64,000 bases of DNA from an uncultured Spirochaetota bacterium (GTDB lineage Bacteria > Spirochaetota > Brevinematia > Brevinematales > JAOACQ01), in the NCBI GenBank assembly GCA_963835575.1, contig CAWIGG010000004.1, forward strand, positions 512,001 to 576,000, read 5' to 3'. Under the pieces are notes generated by a model that ran no database searches, was not told the origin of the DNA, and saw only the letters and a list, made by a program, of their open reading frames with translations. The translations under genes and the position numbers were made by a program. This document shows positions 60,965 through 64,000 of the stretch, piece after piece (the first letter of the stretch is position 1; each line of letters opens with the position of its first letter).

Positions 60965-61444
60965 TTATTCCGAGGTGTTTTCACATTTAATAAATAAATC
61001 TATTAATTCATCAGCGCATTGCCTGACTTCTTTTGAGAGTATTTCACCCATATGTATATGAGCTTGCTGGACCCCGAGATAGAAAACGGGAGCCTTTGTG
61101 TCTTTTGAAAGGATTTTAGCGAGGGCCTTTATCGGGAAAGTATGGGTTGAGAGGATGGTATCGGGAATATTGTCTTCCAGGAGAAGCCGGGCCTCGCCCG
61201 ATCTTCCGCCGAAATCGGCCGCGTCGATTATCAGTATCTTTTCCGGTTTATATTGGACTGCTTTGTCGATGATGTTTTCGGGCTTGTTTTCCGCGTTGAG
61301 GAGTAAATAATTGGAGGATTTCAGCTTTTCAGCTATATATATCCCGACGCCGTCGTCAGACCTGTAAGTATTGCCTACTGTGATAATGAGCGTTTTTTTT
61401 GAGAGGACGGCTTTTATCTCCTTTTTCAGCTCATCGGTTAACAA
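60965..61444 (-). CDS. Hydrogenase maturation protease (HycI-like)
   Basis: GNTYRSDDGVG, IIDAADFG, STHTFP; TTG start with GGAGG. Confidence 0.88.
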   Translation of the reverse strand: MLTDELKKEIKAVLSKKTLIITVGNTYRSDDGVGIYIAEKLKSSNYLLLNAENKPENIIDKAVQYKPEKILIIDAADFGGRSGEARLLLEDNIPDTILSTHTFPIKALAKILSKDTKAPVFYLGVQQAHIHMGEILSKEVRQCADELIDLFIKCENTSE

Positions 61445-62759
61445 ACCTGACCTCCAGGAAATGAGCCGAGCATGAAATGCATGGGTCATAGGCCCTGACA
61501 AGCATTTCCAGGGCGAGTGTGATTTCCTCGTCTTTTTTATCCAGGATTTCCGGGACAAGTTTTTTCATATCGTGTTCAATATTATTAACGTTCTGGGATG
61601 TGGGAATAATGCAATTGGCATTCAGGATCTTTCCGTTTTCATCCACTTCATAATTATGGAAGAGAATCCCCCTGGGGACTTCCACCGCTCCCACGCCGTT
61701 TCCGGCCTTGACGGGAATATTCTTCAGTTCATTGACGCCCACGACGATTACTTCGTCATAATTGATGCCGTTTTTTCTCAGGCTTTCAATCACCTGGATG
61801 GAATCTTCCAGACAATGGACGCATTCGATGACCTGCGCCGCCGTATTGAGGTAAGGGTTGGTTACTTTCGGTTTGAGCTTGAGTATCTTAGCCGTGTCTT
61901 TTGCCTTGCTGTTCAATTTATCATAATTCAGGTTGAACCTGGCGAGAGCTCCGGTAAAATAAGACTCTCGTGAAAGTTTGGCGTGTTTTGCGCTGGAATG
62001 GTGGACAATGAATTCATTTGTTATTTTGCGGTAATCTTTCTTATTCATCCTGACGCCGTCGGTTGAGCCGATATCTCCTTCCAGAAGGGGATAGTCCGCA
62101 TCATCGGAAACCAGCCCTACATATTCCGTATCCCTTTCGAACTGGGGAAATGGAAAAGATGAGGCGAGCTGAATTGTCGCTTCCATATCCGGCCGCATCC
62201 CTTTTAGAAGAGAGAGCATCAGATCGAGGTCTTTTTCTTTCGGAAGCTTTGTAAAACCTCCGACAATGCATGAAATCGGGTGGACATGGCGGCCGACGAG
62301 GATTTCGCAGATATCGTTGCAGGTCTTTTTCATCCGGAGCGCGCGCCGAACGATAGTATTATGTGTATCGATCAGCGGGACAAAGCTCTTTACACCGAGC
62401 ATATCCGGGGCGACCAGCAGGTAGATATGCAGGAGGTGGCTGTCCAGGATCTCCATATTGAGGAGAAGGCGCCTGAGCGTTTTTGTCTGGGGAGACGGGG
62501 TAAAGCCGATGGCGTCCTCCGCCGCCTGGACCGAAGCGAGCGTATGCCCGCAGGCGCAGATGCCGCAGATGCGGGAAGTGATGTGCTGGGCCTCGAATAT
62601 CGACCGGCCGCGCAGCATTCCTTCAAAAAAGCGGGGAGCCTCGACGATATCCAGTTCGCATTTTTCCAGCTTTCCGTCCGCGACATCGACGACTATATTG
62701 CCATGACCCTCGACGCGGGTCAGATATTCGACATTGACTTTAACGTTCCTTTCACTCAT
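61431..62759 (-). CDS. [NiFe] hydrogenase large subunit, group 3b-like
   Basis: TRVEGH, SRICGIC, RAYDPCISCSAH plus cleavable tail. Confidence 0.93.
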   Translation of the reverse strand: MSERNVKVNVEYLTRVEGHGNIVVDVADGKLEKCELDIVEAPRFFEGMLRGRSIFEAQHITSRICGICACGHTLASVQAAEDAIGFTPSPQTKTLRRLLLNMEILDSHLLHIYLLVAPDMLGVKSFVPLIDTHNTIVRRALRMKKTCNDICEILVGRHVHPISCIVGGFTKLPKEKDLDLMLSLLKGMRPDMEATIQLASSFPFPQFERDTEYVGLVSDDADYPLLEGDIGSTDGVRMNKKDYRKITNEFIVHHSSAKHAKLSRESYFTGALARFNLNYDKLNSKAKDTAKILKLKPKVTNPYLNTAAQVIECVHCLEDSIQVIESLRKNGINYDEVIVVGVNELKNIPVKAGNGVGAVEVPRGILFHNYEVDENGKILNANCIIPTSQNVNNIEHDMKKLVPEILDKKDEEITLALEMLVRAYDPCISCSAHFLEVRFVNR

Positions 62760-63501
62760 GCCTGTCTTTCTCCCTGCATTTATTGTACATATCCACTTTT
62801 TTTATAATAAACTCCAGAGGGATTTCATAAGTTTCAAGGACTTCCTTGAAGGCGTTCTGGTTCGGGTTTGTGACCATTCCCCTGCAGGCGTAGCATATAT
62901 TCCCGTTGTTGATGCACCAGGAGTTGCAGCCCGCGCGCGTTATCGGGCCGGCGCAAGCGATGCCGCGCTCGTACATGCAGACGTTTTCGTTGAACTTGCA
63001 TTCCACGCAGACGGCCTTGTCAGGCACATGGTAAGGAAGGCCGGCCAGCGCGGCTTTTAAAACCTCGATAAATTCCGGCGGATAGATGGGACAGCCATGC
63101 ACGAAATAGTCGACCTGTACGACCTGATGGACAGGCATTGTTTCCACGGTCTCGAAAAAGGCGTAATCCTTCCCGTAAACATATTTCCGTATTTCATCCA
63201 GATTGAAATTATTTTTCATCCCGTTCACACCGCCTATGGTGGCGCACGAGCCGTAAGCAATGATGGTTTTGGAGCGGCCCCTTACTTCCTTGATTAATTC
63301 CACGGCATGCGGCGTCGTTATGCTCCCTTCGATGATGGCGACGTCATAACTCTGGTCCCATTTTTCCGACATGACTTCGCGGAACTCAACCACTTCAACG
63401 GCATCCAGGATGTCCAGCAGTTTTTCGCCCATATTCGCCACCTGAAGCTGGCAGCCCTCGCAGCATGCGAAGTCGAAAAAAGCGACTTTCGGTCTCTTCA
63501 T
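62752..63501 (-). CDS. [NiFe] hydrogenase small (delta) subunit
   Basis: CCEGC, GSCA, GCP, VCVECK, GPITRAGC, CYACRG. Confidence 0.9.
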   Translation of the reverse strand: MKRPKVAFFDFACCEGCQLQVANMGEKLLDILDAVEVVEFREVMSEKWDQSYDVAIIEGSITTPHAVELIKEVRGRSKTIIAYGSCATIGGVNGMKNNFNLDEIRKYVYGKDYAFFETVETMPVHQVVQVDYFVHGCPIYPPEFIEVLKAALAGLPYHVPDKAVCVECKFNENVCMYERGIACAGPITRAGCNSWCINNGNICYACRGMVTNPNQNAFKEVLETYEIPLEFIIKKVDMYNKCREKDRHE

Positions 63502-63502
63502 A

Positions 63503-64000
63503 TCAGATCGCCCCTTTTATGGTTTTAATTTTATCATAGGTGAAAACCGGCCCGTCCTGACAGCAGTAAATGCTGTGTATCTGACAGTGGCCGCACTTTC
63601 CCAGTCCGCACTTCATATGCCTTTCCAGCGAAACGAGTATCTGGTTTTCCGGTATCTTTTTTGAGAGAAGCTCTTTTATAACGAACCTGTACATAACCGG
63701 CGGGCCGACAACGGTGGCGAATGTCCTGTCGGGAATGATATCCACGCCGGGAATAAGCGACGTGATAAGACCGACGTTCCCGGCCCATTCGGGAGACGCC
63801 TGGTCGACCGAGCAGTTGAAATTCACGTCCATCCTTTTGGACCATTCAGCCACTTCATCCCCGAAAAGCATGTTCTGCGGGGTTTTACAGCCCAGCAGTA
63901 TATCCACTTTTCCGAAATCCCGGCGGTTGTCCATAACAAAGTGGATAAGCGAGCGGAGAGGGGCTATGCCCAGCCCGCCCGCGATCAGAAGAAGGTCCTT
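63503..64000 (-). CDS. Hydrogenase gamma FAD/NAD(P)-binding subunit (partial)
   Basis: AGGLGIAPLRS, GPPVMY, ERHMKCGLGKCGHC, CQDGPVF. Confidence 0.88.
   Translation of the reverse strand, partial: KDLLLIAGGLGIAPLRSLIHFVMDNRRDFGKVDILLGCKTPQNMLFGDEVAEWSKRMDVNFNCSVDQASPEWAGNVGLITSLIPGVDIIPDRTFATVVGPPVMYRFVIKELLSKKIPENQILVSLERHMKCGLGKCGHCQIHSIYCCQDGPVFTYDKIKTIKGAI

Overview
A 64 kb piece of an AT-rich chromosome from a probable anaerobic, flagellated bacterium. A spirochaete is my inference from gene content, not something the sequence shows directly. Core blocks: an Rrf2-MTase-cysK-metY-thiS-thiF sulfur operon, valS, an HD-GYP protein, a fliA/whiG-hpf-hprK-ptsH-NtrY/NtrX-like cluster, two paralogous outer-membrane proteins, ssb, serC, a large arsenic/redox cluster, tRNA-Ala(GGC), and a hydrogen-metabolism region (group 3b [NiFe] hydrogenase; nfnAB followed by a three-subunit [FeFe] hydrogenase whose NuoF-like subunit is fused to a GltD-like domain). 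Two IS elements are present: an IS21 that truncates a GHKL ATPase gene, and a complete IS1182 (4-bp CAGC duplication) inside a FecCD/BtuC permease gene. The most striking unexplained structure is a family of 45-75 bp degenerate repeats built from 9-10 nt AATCCG-type units. Inverted pairs bracket two defence-like cassettes that encode no recombinase (Panacea TA + fused R-M enzyme; XRE-peptidase + DUF4411 PIN), and a further copy closes the accessory island carrying a B12-type radical SAM/GHKL ATPase pair. All family assignments come from motif recognition by eye; no searches were run.
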